Positions 24,536 through 37,594 are shown, counted from the first letter of the stretch. The stretch: 64,000 nucleotides of DNA from Raja brachyura (GCA_963514005.1 OY740783.1:26784001-26848000), one strand, 5' to 3'. The notes: generated by a model not told the origin, from the sequence alone. Program-made: numbers and translations.

Positions 24536-25204
24536 CTATGCAATAGAAAAAAAAGAGGAAACAAAATAGGGAGGAAGGAATAATCAATGTCACAAATAGG
24601 CCTGAGTTGGTTCTGAACTGAGAACATAGATTGTAATGGTTTGCATGTTTAAAATTTTAATTACCTTTCTTTTCCCACTTCATTTTGAAACAATTTTTCA
24701 TTGTTTGAATAGTACTTTTATCCCAATAAAAGGTAATGAGTAATGAAAGTATTTTACATTAGCTTATGCTAAGATGCTTTCAAAATTATTCAAATTTTTT
24801 TAAACAAGCCAAACTAAATACCGCAATTTAGACAACCGGAAAGAACTCTGCAAAGAAAAAGTTAATTCTGCATTATTAAACATTCTTAATGAAACTTATG
24901 ATGACAAGATAATTAAAAGTAATGATAGGCTTAAAAATGGAGTTAGATGAGCTCCCGAGTTTCAAATTAAAGCAGGTAGATAAGTATCACATATAATTGG
25001 TATCAGTTTCTGGAGCTTGTCTGCAGTTCAATGAGATTTTATTTTTATTTTCCTTTTATGCTGCTTTTTTCCTGAGGTTTTCCTTCACCCAGGTATTTAA
25101 ATGGGGTAATGATGATGGTGGAGTTGGGAGCCTGTGCAGGTGGTGGGGAATATTATTATTGGCTGGGATATAGGAGAGGAAACATCTAAATAATAATAAA
25201 GTTT

Positions 25205-26232
25205 GGCAGCTAAATAGCCATTGCTCTGGCATGCTTGAAATGTTTCAAGAGGCTGGTTATGGTACACATTAACTCCAACCTCCCAGTTAGAAATGATCCA
25301 CTGCAGTTCACCTACTGTTACAAAAAGTCCATGGCAGATGCCATCTCCCTGACCCTACAGTCATCACTGAAACATTGGGACAACAAGGATACCTATGTCA
25401 GACAGCTATCATCCCAACCAAAGTCATCTCCAAAACTCATGGACCTAGGATTAAACACTCTCTCTCCACAACTGGATCATCGACTTCCTGTCCCGCAGTT
25501 CAAATGAAGCTAGGTGACAAACCATCCTCCATGTTATTCTCAACGCCAATGTCTAGCAAGAATGCATACTCAGCCTTACTATACTCCCTAGATATTCATG
25601 ACTGTGCAGCCAAATTCTGCTCTAACACCATGTACGTTAGCTGATGAAACTATCATAGTGGGCCATATCTCAAATAATGACAAGACGGAGTGCAGGAAGG
25701 AGATATAGAGTGCTTAGTGACATGAGGTCAAGCCAACAACCTCGCCATCAATGTAAGCAAGATAAAGGAGCGTACATTGTCCCCCGTCGTCTCCATCTAC
25801 ACTTCATGCTGCCTAAGGAAAGCAGCCTACATCAAGGATCGTTTACACCCCAGTTATTCCCTTTCTCCCCTCTCCCATCAAGCAGAAGACATAAAAGCTA
25901 GAAAACATGTACCACCAGATTCAGGAACAGCTTATTTCCTGATGTTATTAGAGTATTGAAAGGTCCTTCTCATAAGCTAAGGGCGCAGTCCTAATCTCTC
26001 AACGTACTTCATTGAGGTAAAGGCGCTTTATAAAAAATTGGCAAATGTTTCTGTGTAAAAACTGTAACGCTATAAAACTATTACACGATATTCAGTCCGC
26101 TGGTATTTTTCTCTTTGCACTAGCTGTTGTAGTTGTGTATAGCTTGTTTGTACTCCTTTGTAGTATGATATAATTGGATTGTAGGTGAACAAAGATCTTA
26201 ACTGTATCATGGTACATGTGACAAACATAAAC
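25205..26232 (+). mobile_element. Rex1/Babar-type LINE fragment (RT to 3' end)
   Basis: KCFKRLVMVHINSNLP...DPLQFTY...SMADAISLTL...DNKDTYVR; SIYTSCCLRKAAYIKD..HP; tail ggtacatgtgacaaacataaac. Confidence 0.85.
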
Positions 26233-26989
26233 CAGTGCCATAGTAGCTTCAGTTGGTCCTTGGGGGTTACTATTATTCTCATACTAAGTTGCTAAATTGC
26301 CATGACTCCTGGGGCTGGGAGAATCCCTCAAAGAAATGCAATGGTTGGATCATGGAATACGGGATCTTGAACTAAACCTTTTTTGGGGAGCATTTGCTGA
26401 TACAATATACTGACAGAAGCTGGCTCTTGCATTTGACATCTCTATACTGCCAACGAGGGGAAATGGGACTGCCAGGATGACATTACCTAGTGGGTCCAAC
26501 TCACATACCCTCACGCGGGTACATTTTTACTTTCTTGCTAGTTGATGGAGAAGTGGGGAGGACAAAAAGTGGTATTGGTGCTATTGGTGCTTGATGGTTG
26601 GCACAGGCTCAAGAGTTCATTGTGACTCCATGATGATGCCTCATCAAAAATGAGGGACCACAATGCTAGTTTTCTTAAAGTAGTTTAATAATGTTGCCGT
26701 TTGTCTGTCTACTTGCCTGCAGATCACCCTCTTCAACTCTAAAACTAATACAACAGCAAAGTTTCATTCTGACATTCCTTACTGTCATCAGGGCAGATGG
26801 TCAGGAAGCATATAAATAGCACATTTGCACCTCCTTTAAGGAGGTGAACACATCTCAAAATAGAATTTTGGATATGATCAACAACTAAGCAGGCCAGAAA
26901 GCATATGCCACAATCTACTATGTGCTTGAGTGTCAGAGCAGGCTGCCTGGAATTTCAAGTTCTGTACAATTAAGAAGTGCTATGTAAGT

Positions 26990-27750
26990 GTTGCATTAGG
27001 TGAGGAATGGCTAATGGAGTTTAATTCAGATAAGTGTGAGGTGTTGCATTTTGGGAAGTAGAACCAGGGCAGGATCTTCACTGTGAACAGTGGGGCCCTG
27101 GGGAGTGCTATAGAGTAGAGTGATCCAGAAATACAAATACATAATTCTCTCAAAGTGACACCGCAGGTAGATATGGTGGTGAAGAAGGCTTTGACATGCT
27201 GGCCTTCATTTGTCAGGGAATTGAGTATAGAAGTTGGGACCTTACGTTACAGTTGTATAACACGTTGGCCAGGTTGCACCTGCAGTATTGTGTTCAATTT
27301 GGTCACCCTACTAGCCATTAAGCTGAAAAGGGTGAAGAGAAGATTTACCGAGATGTTGCCAAGACTTGACAGCATGAGGTATAGGGTGGGATTGGGCCGG
27401 CTAGGGCTTTATTCCTTGGCATGAAGTAGGAATGATCTTACAGAGTATGAGGGGAATAGATAGGGTGAGTGCACAGTCTTTATCCATGGATAGGGGAATC
27501 ATAGACATAGGTTTAAGGTGGTTAATAGGATATAATATTTCATACAAATCCGAGGGGCAACATTCATACAGAGGGTGATGTATATATGGAACGATTTGTC
27601 AGAAGATGTGTTTGAGCAAGTACAATAACACCATTTAACAGACATTTGGAAAGGTACATGGATAGGAAATGTTTACAGTGATATTGGCCTATGCAGGCAA
27701 ATTTAAGTAGTTTAGATGGGGCATTTTGGTTGGCATGGATGATTTGGGTC
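26990..27750 (+). mobile_element. Degenerate CR1 LINE 3' fragment
   Basis: atggagtttaattcagataagtgtgaggtgttgcattttggg (MEFNSDKCEVLHFG), QVDMVVKKA, RLGLYSL, and a CR1 3' UTR. Confidence 0.85.
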
Positions 27751-28059
27751 CATATTCCTCTAAAACCTTGTTTCCCTGGCATATGACCCTGGTGCAAGTC
27801 ATTTTAGTTGCATGTCTGTCTGGTTATTTTAATTGTGCTGTAGTTGTGGGAGTTTATGAGAACAGGAATTAGTCAGATCTGATAGAAGGATGTACTTTAA
27901 TTTACAGATGCTATTTATCTTAGAGTGAGGCGTTTGTTGGCATGTTCATCTTCGCATCGTGTAGTCAGTGAAGATCATTACAACCTCGATGATAGCAGAG
28001 AGTTCCCACAAAAAAAGTTGTCTATGCCTCAACCAGAGTCATTGTAGCTATCTCTTCAT

Positions 28060-28330
28060 TAGACTTTAGAGATTCAGCGAGGAAGCGGGCCTTTTGGCCC
28101 TCAACCAGCGATCACCCCATACACTGACCTACACACCTTAGGCACAACTTTACAACAACTTACGAAAGCCAATTAACCTATAAACCTGTATGTCTTTGGA
28201 GTGTGGAGGAAACCAGAGCAAACTCATGCTGTCACAAACGCGAAGCTAACATAAAACCTTAGCCAGGATCAAACCAAGGTCTCAGGTGCTGGAAGGCAGT
28301 AACTGTACGGTTATGCCACTGTGCTGCCCT
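28060..28330 (-). mobile_element. Degenerate V-SINE (HE1-like)
   Basis: Reverse complement of the 1563-1870 family (aattaacctataaacctgtatgtctttggagtgtggaggaaacc...gccactgtgctgccc). Confidence 0.7.
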
Positions 28331-29189
28331 TAATAGCTGCTGTCAGCATGATGCCCACACACCTTTTTCCTGACAATGGGCAAGCTAAGCAGCTTTCAAA
28401 TTGTTGCCCTATATGTGATTTTTAACTTCAAGATATGCAAGACAATTTTAGTTTATTTTTGTCAATTCTGGTGTCATTAAATCCAATCTAATGTATAGAT
28501 GATGTATTTTGCATACCACTGACAAACAGAAGTAATTTCGATTAATGTCTGTAATATACAAATTAGTTACTGCAAAGGAATCTAAAAATAACAAAATAAT
28601 AATAGCACTATCTTCATTTGTGTGCACAGATAATAATGGAACACAGTAATGGAACCCTCTTCTTGAGTACTTGCATTATTTGCGTACAGTGATTCCTAGG
28701 GGATAAATATCCCTTTATACAAAGTGGAGCATTTGGAAAGCAGAGGTAAATATCAACCTTAAGAGCACCACTCTTGCACAAATTTAATAACTTCTGGTAC
28801 CTGCTTATAATTTTTTATTTAAAAAAAGACATTTAAGTGTCTGTAAGAAACTTCCAGTTCATTTTAATCTGTCAGTTGGTTCAAAGAGGTATGAAGTCCA
28901 TCCTGGCAGTAAGTATTGAAAACTACCATCGCCCAATCCATTGGATAATTATAATCCCAAATTGCTTTCATCTAGTCTTTTGCCCGATTGATAGTGGAAA
29001 AATGGAAACACCATTGCATCTTTTATTCCTATAATTATTTCAGGATTCCTGGATAATGCAGGATTTTTTTTTTAGTTCGTAGTTTCCATGGCCAGCATTT
29101 CTTTCCAAATCCTGACTGCCCTCAGAGGTGATGATGAATCAACTTCCTGAAATGGTGAAAGCAATCCCACAATATTTTTACAAAGTCAG

Positions 29190-29670
29190 TCATACACCAC
29201 AGAATGAGATATTTTGGCCCACCATATTCAGGCTGACCACTGAATACCCATCTACATTAACCTCATTTTCCAGCATTTGAATCCTGGTCTAGATTATCTT
29301 TAAATGCTCTGGGAGTGTCTGGTCCTGCCACCCTTATAATCAATGCATTTCAGATCCTAACTATTCACTGGCTGAACAAAATCTTCCTCAGAACCCCATT
29401 ATACCTCTTGCCCATCTCAAAGCCATGTCTTATTTTATGTACCTCTATTTATGGGGTACCTCTGTTTTTTTTTAAATACTATCTCACTGTCTATTTCCGC
29501 TCATAATTCTGTATGCTTCAAACAGGTCCTCTCTCAGCCTGCTTCAATCCAAACCAAACCTGTCTTTCCTCATAACTGTAGTGCTCCTTCTCAGGTGTCA
29601 TCCTAGTGAATCTCCTCTCCACACTCTCCCCAGTGCAATCATATCTGTGACAACTAGAACTGCAGTGCAC
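29190..29670 (-). mobile_element. Old CR1 3' fragment
   Basis: cctctctcagcct...ctcataactgtagtgctcc...catcctagtgaatctcctct...actagaactgcag, the CR1 C-terminal pattern. Confidence 0.6.
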
Positions 29671-30664
29671 TATTGAATAAAAACGTCCAGGACTCAGAAC
29701 TTGTGATGATTTGTATTTTCAAGTCAGAATGTCGTGAGACACGGAGAAGAAACTGTGGGTGATCGTGTGCGCGATCCACTTAGGTTTTTCAGTGGTTTAA
29801 GAAGTGTCAGAATAACCTCACCTACCAACTATGTGCATTTTGTAAATAGGAAATGCAGCAGCAACAGTGTGCCAGTCAGTGGTGAGGGGAATGAATGTCA
29901 GGGTTATTATAAATGCCATTCATATGGGTTGCTTACATTGGATGGGATTGAGTTTGCTGAGTGTTGGTGGAACTGCACTTATCCAGGCAACAGGAGCCTA
30001 TTCCATCACTTTTACAACTTGTGCCTTTACTGTGTGATATCCAGCCTCTGTCCTACTCATGTATTCATGTGGCTGGTCTAGTAGAGTAACCGCTTAGCTG
30101 TTGGAAGTGAGGGTCTTGGTGACACTAATGCCAGTTGATGTTAGGGTAGGAAGTTAATCGTCTGTTGTTGGAAATGGTCAATGACTAGATTATAAGGTTT
30201 CAGAACGTTGTTTTGAATTTTTCATACCCATTGCTGAACAAGAATGACAACTAGTTATGTAACAGGGCACAAATACAAAAATGTGCACCTCCTGGCTTGT
30301 TAATTACCTAACTTAGGCTGAAATAATAAATATAATTTTGCAGCAATCACAGTTAAGCTCCAAAAGCATGTCATACAAGTTTAACACTAAAAAAAATTGA
30401 CCTGATCAGCAACAAAAATATCACGCAACATCATGAAATACAATACTGTACAAGTGTGTTGAGAGGCATTTGTTGACCATGGAAAACGCATAAGGAAGAA
30501 TAACAGGTTGGATAAATTGATAATAAGGGTCCAAGAGGATCAGGAAGTTTCCTAATGCTGCAATATTCCACAGGGATTCCAATTCAGTAAATTCACTTTC
30601 GCTATAGATACAAATAAAGAAAGGTGATACAGAAAAAATGAAATTCCTCAATGTCACTTGATGT

Positions 30665-31205
30665 CTGGTGTGAATCAGCTGGTAACACTATTGTTCTGAT
30701 GTATAAAGTTGTAGCTTCAAATTATGCCCCAGAGACATGAACACGAAAACCGAGCATGATATTCTATTGCACGACTGAGGCAGCGCTGCTTTATTGAAGG
30801 CATCGTTTTTCACATGAGACATTAGACCATCACCTTGTCTGCTCTTCTAGGTGCAGATAACTCTTCCCAGGAAGGGCAGGGAAGTTATCCCTGGTGCCTT
30901 GGCCAACAGAAAAGTTGAAAGTGCACTTTCGGTCAAGCAGCGTCTCTGGATACAGAGGCAATGTTGATGGACATGAAATGTTAACATTAGTTCCTTCTCC
31001 ACGAGTGCTGCCTGGCTGCCAAGTACTTCAAACATGTTTGTTTTTGCTTCAGATACCCTGCCACTGCATAATTTTGCACTTGGCTGACTGAATCACTGGA
31101 TCTGCTGTCCACAAATTGGCTATTGCATTTCCTAAAATACAATAGTGAACACACTTCAAACTGAATTAATTGGCTGTAAATCCTGAGGTTGTGAAAGGAT
31201 GATGC
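30665..31205 (+). mobile_element. Deu-domain SINE (SacSINE1-like), interrupted by a Penelope-derived piece (~30910-31085)
   Basis: tRNA-like head, then ...gactgaggcagcgctgc...gagacattagacc...gcagggaagttatccctggtgccttggccaa and tail ...aaattggctattgcatttcct...cacttcaaa...attggctgtaaa...gaggttgtgaaagg. Family call is from recalled consensus. Confidence 0.65.
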
Positions 31206-31224
31206 AATGTTTCAGTGAGTTGGA

Positions 31225-31860
31225 GAAATGGAGTAATACAGCGCAGAAACAGGCCCATCGGCCCAACGTGTCCATGTCGGCCAACTTGCCCCATGTAAGC
31301 TAGTCCCATTTGCGCAAACTTGGCCCATGCCCCTCTAAACCTTTCCTATCCATGTACCGGTCTGTGTTTTGAAATGTTGTTATAGTACCTCCCTCAACTA
31401 CCTCCTCTGTCAGCTCATTCCATATACCCACCACCTTCTGAATAAAAAAGGTTTATAGAATAGAAGCCTCTCATGTTTCTATTAAATCTTACCCCTCTCA
31501 CCTTAAACTTCTAGATTTTGATTCTTCTAACCTGGGTAAAATAATCAGTGCATTCACTCTATTTATTCCCCTCATGAGTTTATATATTTCTATAAGATCA
31601 CCCTTCAGCCCCCAGCTCCAAGGAATAACGTCATATCATGTGCGACCTTTCCCCGTAGCTCAGGCCCCCAAATCCTGGCAAAATCCTCATAAATGTTCTC
31701 TTCACTCTTTCCAGCTTAATTACATCCTCCCTATAACATGGTGATTAAAACTCAATGCAGTATTCCAAATGCAGCTTCACCAACATCTTGCACCACTGTA
31801 GCACAAAGTCACAACTTCTATATTCAGTACTCTGATTGACAAAGGCCGATGTAACAAAAA
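31225..31860 (-). mobile_element. CR1 LINE 3' fragment
   Basis: gaaacaggcccatcggccc tail; ccctctaaacctttcctatccatgtac; ctataagatcaccc; caccaacatcttg. Confidence 0.85.
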
Positions 31861-34733
31861 CCTAATATGGTCTGTTCTTTATATCAACTTGGCATTAGGA
31901 AAGGAAAAGCATTCCAATTTTCCTTGCAGCCAGCTGTTCAAATCAAGGGGAAAGCTACTGTGGATGAGGTGAAATAGGGTTGGAGAAGAACATTAAAGGT
32001 TTTAGATTCTCTGTCACACAATTTTGCCCGCCATCTCAGTTTAATTCTATATTTTGCACATAACTATATTGTAGCATTTTGATTTTTGGAATTTTACTGA
32101 TTTTCTTTTCACCACATTTGTTTTTTTTTTGCTGAAGGGACAACCAGAACCACAAGCTGTTACTCAAGACTGTTAAGGTTGGCCACATTTAAATCAGGTC
32201 TTCAATAAATCTTAATGTTCATTTGTCTTCTCAACAATGTCTTCTCTGCTGACCAACATTTCAACGTTGCTCAGTACAGCCCTACCCACCCTTCTTTTGT
32301 GGTCTATTGGGTAACGCGATTTAAAATGGTGATTCTGCACCATGTTTGTGTGTGCATTTAGCAGGCTGTTATTTTGATGGTGCCATCCTTCCTGTTTGAA
32401 ATGACAGCATTCAGTAGTGGGATCTGGACGGCCTGCTCTTTTTTAACCACACTGACCACAGCTTGAACCGTCAAGATGAGGCAGGAGGCAGTAATGTATA
32501 TTTTACAATATCATTCCAAATTGCTTCTTCTAATTCACATCAGAAACAATTGCCCAAGTATTTCATTCTTGATCTTGAATTTAAAAGAAAAAATTAAAAC
32601 ATAAATCTTTAGAATGACTATTGCAATAATATTGCTGTGTTGGGAAGAAAACAAAACTATTTTGCTTATCATTGCAATCATAACCATAGACTGAAAATAA
32701 AGAAAACATGAAACCTAATTTATCAGACCACACGGGTGGCCACCATGGTGAGCTCTTCATTCATGCAACAGTATGCACATGCAGAAGTTATGTTATTTCT
32801 CTCAGTTTTCTGGCTAGGCATATGAATGGCTATGTGTGTTGAGGTTTGTTTAGTTGTCAATGAAATAGCTTAGTGTTAAGGCAGGAAAATAAAATGTTCT
32901 TGACAGGACGCAAAGCAATTTGTGTAATCCTGTTAAATCACCCCAGCACACAATGTGTTTGAATTTCATCAACAGGATCTCATGCAGACTGACTCTCTAC
33001 ACAGCAAGCAGTTAGCCTTAACCCTTTGAGTACAGGTATCAGGTATTTTTTTCTTTAACACAAATTTAGCATTTTGAGATAATATGTATGCTACTTTTAA
33101 TATTTTAAAAAGACCAAAGCAATTTGTTTGATAAGTGACAATATCTAGTTTAATGAAATTACAATTTTTTTAAGGCTTCAAAATTATAGCTCCCAGGTAC
33201 TTGTGGTATTATAGGCATGTTTCACTGTATTTTATGGGAAAATATAGTTTCCATTCTAATAATATCACTGCATAAAATGCATTTATGGCTAATGGTGTAA
33301 ATTGCAAAAGTTGCTGCTTGAGAAAATTATTTTATGTTACTAACCATACAAATGTTTGGTAATTAAATGCATATGATTAAATGGAAGGTATACTCTTTTG
33401 GTTGGTACTGTAACTCCTAAAATGGTCTCATTTATGTAATAATAATGAACTGTTGGATGGGGAATAATATTGGGGAAAGCGCCATGTGTGAAAAGTGATT
33501 GCTTCAGCTATTTTCAATAACAAAATTGTTATTTGAAATTAAAATGGTTGTCATTCGAGTTATTTTATCAAGGGCACCCGAGTTTAAATTGAGGTTAGAA
33601 ACTGGAATAAAACCCAATGGATACTAAACATTATTGCAGTGAAATATGCCACCCAAACCTGATTTTGACAATATCATTAATGCAGGTATTAAAAGTATAG
33701 TATGGGAAAGCTAATTTACCACACTGGTGAAGGCTAGGTCTGAAAGTTAGAAACTTGGCAAGTTGCCAGAGAAATGCAGAGGGAGCTTGCTATCCATCAT
33801 CTATGGTCTTTACAATAAATCATCAATGGTTCTTCAATTGTTCGTTAAGTGCAAGGTGGGATGAACAGAGAAGTAGGTGAGTTTTATTAGGGATATACTC
33901 ATACTCATTTAAAAAAATGCAAAGAAAACAATTAAGATAGAAAATTTCAAATTTTGTAGAGGGGACATTAATTAGTCGAGTCACTCCTACAGTTACAAGA
34001 ATGTGCATGTGATTCAGTCAGATTTCACAACAGAATGATGAAATTTCACTACTTCAAAAATTACCGCTGACACTTTACATTAGGAAAAAAGATTAATGAA
34101 AACCCAATGATAATTAGTATGTATAAGGAGGCAGATATTTTGAATGGATGTGCGTTGATATTTTTCTTGAAAAAGTGAATGAAAAAAGTTTAAATGACTT
34201 TCTTACATCATTTCACTTAAACATTCTGTTCAACGAAATGTAAGACTACAACACATTAGTTGTAAATGTTCCACTTAGAAAGGCATTATTTATCTAAGGA
34301 TCAGCATGTTCTATGTTACGCACAGAATATACGATTCCACACCTGTCACATCCTTTGTGGTTTAAATTAAATTCTCATTTATTCTTCCTCGTTTCATTCA
34401 TAGTTGCACACTGAAGTTTAAATGTTTTACAGATAAACATGGTGTTTGTAGAATTGTTTGGTCATTTATTGTTAATTTTAGATTCTCAGCTAAAATATTC
34501 TAAATGACCCCCAATTACTTGAATTAGCAGGTTAAAGGGTATGTAAAAACTGTTTTAATGAGACTATTAATAACTGCTTTAGAGGGCCAATGTTAGTTAT
34601 TATCCTATTCTTATTGTTTGCATCCTGCATATTGCTCGACTGAAATGTGATTTATAAGTGAGAAACCTGCACTAAAAGGGTAGATTACTGCAGCAGTCAT
34701 TAGCAGAGCAGCCATCTAACTCAGGGTACTTAC

Positions 34734-34871
34734 AGGTATTTTATGATTCCTGATCATATTATCAAACTCTTCATTAATTTTTTGGTATTTTTCTTCAGTG
34801 CGTGGGGTGAGCGCATAAGAGGAGTCAGGATCAGGGCTGTCACAGCCTTTGTTTTCTTTCTTGTTCAATGC
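34734..34871 (-). CDS. mef2c: MEF2C alternative exon alpha2 (138 nt, muscle-type, phase 0/0)
   Basis: Minus strand ...ctggcag|GCA TTG AAC...ATA CCT|gtaagt. Encodes [46 protein letters not shown] (46 aa), matching the MEF2C alpha2 exon. Not in the ORF track; translated by hand. Confidence 0.96.
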
Positions 34872-34927
34872 CTGCCAGATTCAGAGAAATATCAAAAGTA
34901 AAAATAAAGGAGGGCCCTTGTACTTAC

Positions 34928-35071
34928 ACACAATCTTTGCCTGCTGATCATTAGATCAATATCTTCATTTATTTTTCTGCACTTCTCATCAGACTCAGGG
35001 CTGTGACCCACTGAATCGTCTGCGTCTGGGTCTGGGCTGTCACACCCATTTAGTCCCTTCTTTCTCAATGT
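34928..35071 (-). CDS. mef2c: MEF2C alternative exon alpha1 (144 nt, phase 0/0)
   Basis: Minus strand ...gtatttcag|ACA TTG AGA...TTG TGT|gtaagt. Encodes [48 protein letters not shown] (48 aa), nearly identical to the vertebrate MEF2C alpha1 exon. Confidence 0.97.
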
Positions 35072-37296
35072 CTGAAATACATAATTTGTAAAGTTCAAAC
35101 CTCTGCACTGATTACAAGGGGCACAGCAGGGAAAAAAATGATTTTTAAACCCAGAGGGACTTTGTGAAATTTTACAGTCCATTCAAGATCAAAGAAGGTA
35201 CCTAAATACAAAGTGGGAAAAAAATGCCAGACGAATGCTACTTTCTTAAATATGGTGCATATGACTTTCATGATCATCTTCTTTAGATTATTACATTTTT
35301 TTTTAAAATAGGATAATGTACCACAGTTTTTATTCCAATTGAACAATTATATAATTATAATAGCCATTTTCTATCTCAAGGTTACTGCTGTTTTCTTAAC
35401 CCATCGGGGGCTAAAGTATAAATTTAAGCTTTAAATTTAGCATTTCTTCCCCCACATCATTGGCCCCAAAAAATATTTATTGGAAATTTCAACAATGCTA
35501 TAACGGGATGCAGGGAAAGCAAAGGATAACATAATACTGTTCTTTAAAAAAAAAGCGGAGGGCAAAACTCTAGTTTGGTATATTTTTGAGAGTGATTTAC
35601 CAATTCTACTGCAACCCCAGAAGTTTACAGCAAATCAGCTCGATGGCCCATAATCTGTGGTTTGTGGAAATGAGGAAAGCTGTTCACAAAGAATTAGTGA
35701 GCTCTGCAGCATCAACTTATCATATTCCAACATAACTTTCAGTTTGGTTTCATCTACCTCATTCAAAAAGAATTAAATCATCCAGTGGACTGAACAGCCA
35801 ACCCAACTAAGGAAGTCTCATAAATGGCACATCAGGAATTTGAATTTAATTAAAAAAATTATAAACATTGCACAAAAAAGAGTGTTTTTAAATCATATAC
35901 AAAACATAAAATATATAAGCAATCTTCAACAAGTGACAATAAGTTATTTTCTGCAGTGCCGCGACTTTGTGTAATTCCAAAGAAACTCAATCATAAATCC
36001 TTTTCCTATACACTGAATGGATATTGGTCACCCAATTCAATTCAAGATCCTCCAAGCATAAGAAAACTATTTTGTGCAGATGTAGGCAAGGCCTTCTTCT
36101 GTGCTATTTATCAGACTCGATGAGTGCACTTTTTAAGGTTTAACAACTGAAAGGGATCTAGACTTACTGGGTCAGTGACCAAGTCTGGCATATGGATCAT
36201 TTATCAGTAGATCCCCATTAAGACTTTTATTACTCCTCATTTGTAATCATTCCCGAACCAATCTTGCCCCTAATCATTATTGTTCCATATTCATTCCTGA
36301 ATTCCACCACCAGCTCTGTGAACTATTGAGGTACAACTACCAGAGGAATGTCTGTGTGCATGGTCCAATCAATTGCACTAATGCAAAAAAATATGCAAAG
36401 GTAAAATTTAATGTAAATTAACTTTTTTTTAGAAGATTTCAACACGCGTTGGATGAAGGAGTATGGTAATACTGGAAACAATATCCAGAGTTCTGCACTT
36501 TACTGAACAGTTTCTGTGATTTTATAAGCACAATTTCTAAATCTAAATATGGCTAAGACAAACACATAGAAATTCCTTTAATACCTTCTAGGTGCACTGA
36601 GTTTCACTGTACGGCCAGTAAAGTACACGTATCAGGATATTAACATAGCTTGCATGAAATGGTGGCATCATGTTTAAATGGGTAACCATTTCACTGGTTC
36701 AAAGGATGCAAACAAATTGATGTTTGTAATAAGGCAGTTGGCAGCACTTAGCGAAGTAGCTGAGGTCCAGTTGCCATCCCTATAGGAATTTAAGACACAG
36801 GGTTCATGATGATCTGATCGTATGAATTTGGAATTGGCTTATTCGTAGAAGACAAAGAGCTGTGGTAGAAGGTAGATATTTTGGCTGGAGGTCTATGACC
36901 AGTGGAGTTCTGCAGGGATCTGTGCTGGGGCTTCTGCTGTTTGTGATATATATATAAATGACCTGAACATAAATGTAGATGGTTTGCTGAGTAGATTTGC
37001 AGCCAACACTAAAATTGGAAGAGTTGCAGAGAGTGAGGACGGCTGTCAGAAGATACAGTGGGATATAGATCAGTGGCGGAAATGGACGGAGAAATGGCAG
37101 ATGGAGTTTACCCTGAGCAAGTGCGAGGTGTTGCAATTTGGGAGGTTGAATGTAAGGAGAGAGTATACAGTTAATGGAAGGACCCTTAACAGCATTGATG
37201 TGCAGAGGGATCTTGGAGTCCAAGTTCATAGCTCACTGAAGGTCACAACACAAAGATGGTAAAGAAGGCATATGGTAAGGTGATGGAGGTAGTTAC

Positions 37297-37502
37297 TGTA
37301 AATGATGTTACTCACACAGTGTTTCTTTACTAATACTTTATTGATTACATATGCACTAGTGCCCTAGCTGTACATGGTCTGTACGTTCAAACTACTAGAG
37401 GAGGTACCAGGGGATGGAGAGACATTAATATACTGGTTAAACGGGGAGTGGTCAGGGAAGCTACACAATCTATAATTAAAGGGACATGCACTATCATCTA
37501 CA
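37297..37502 (-). repeat. 3' LTR of the Gypsy element
   Basis: Preceded on the minus strand by the polypurine tract AAGAGGAAGGA (37503-37513). AATAAA on the minus strand at 37337-37342. Confidence 0.96.
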
Positions 37503-37594
37503 TCCTTCCTCTTATAAAAGAAAAGAACATAACTGGCGACCATGTCTCATGCGCTAGGGCAAATGGAAATAACAGACAATAAAAATAGCAGCAC

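Noticed and set aside
24430-24627. 65-aa minus ORF overlapping the 187-nt exon
   Set aside because: Wrong frame. The MEF2C-homologous frame starts at the acceptor at 24535.
28582-28591. Isolated MEF2-consensus sites (CTAAAAATAA here, CTATTTATAA at 50420-50429)
   Set aside because: Single YTAWWWWTAR matches are expected many times by chance in 64 kb of AT-rich DNA, and there is no supporting cluster.
34892-35182. 96-aa ORF as a standalone gene
   Set aside because: Only 34928-35071 is the MEF2C alpha1 exon. The rest is intronic read-through past the AG and GT sites.
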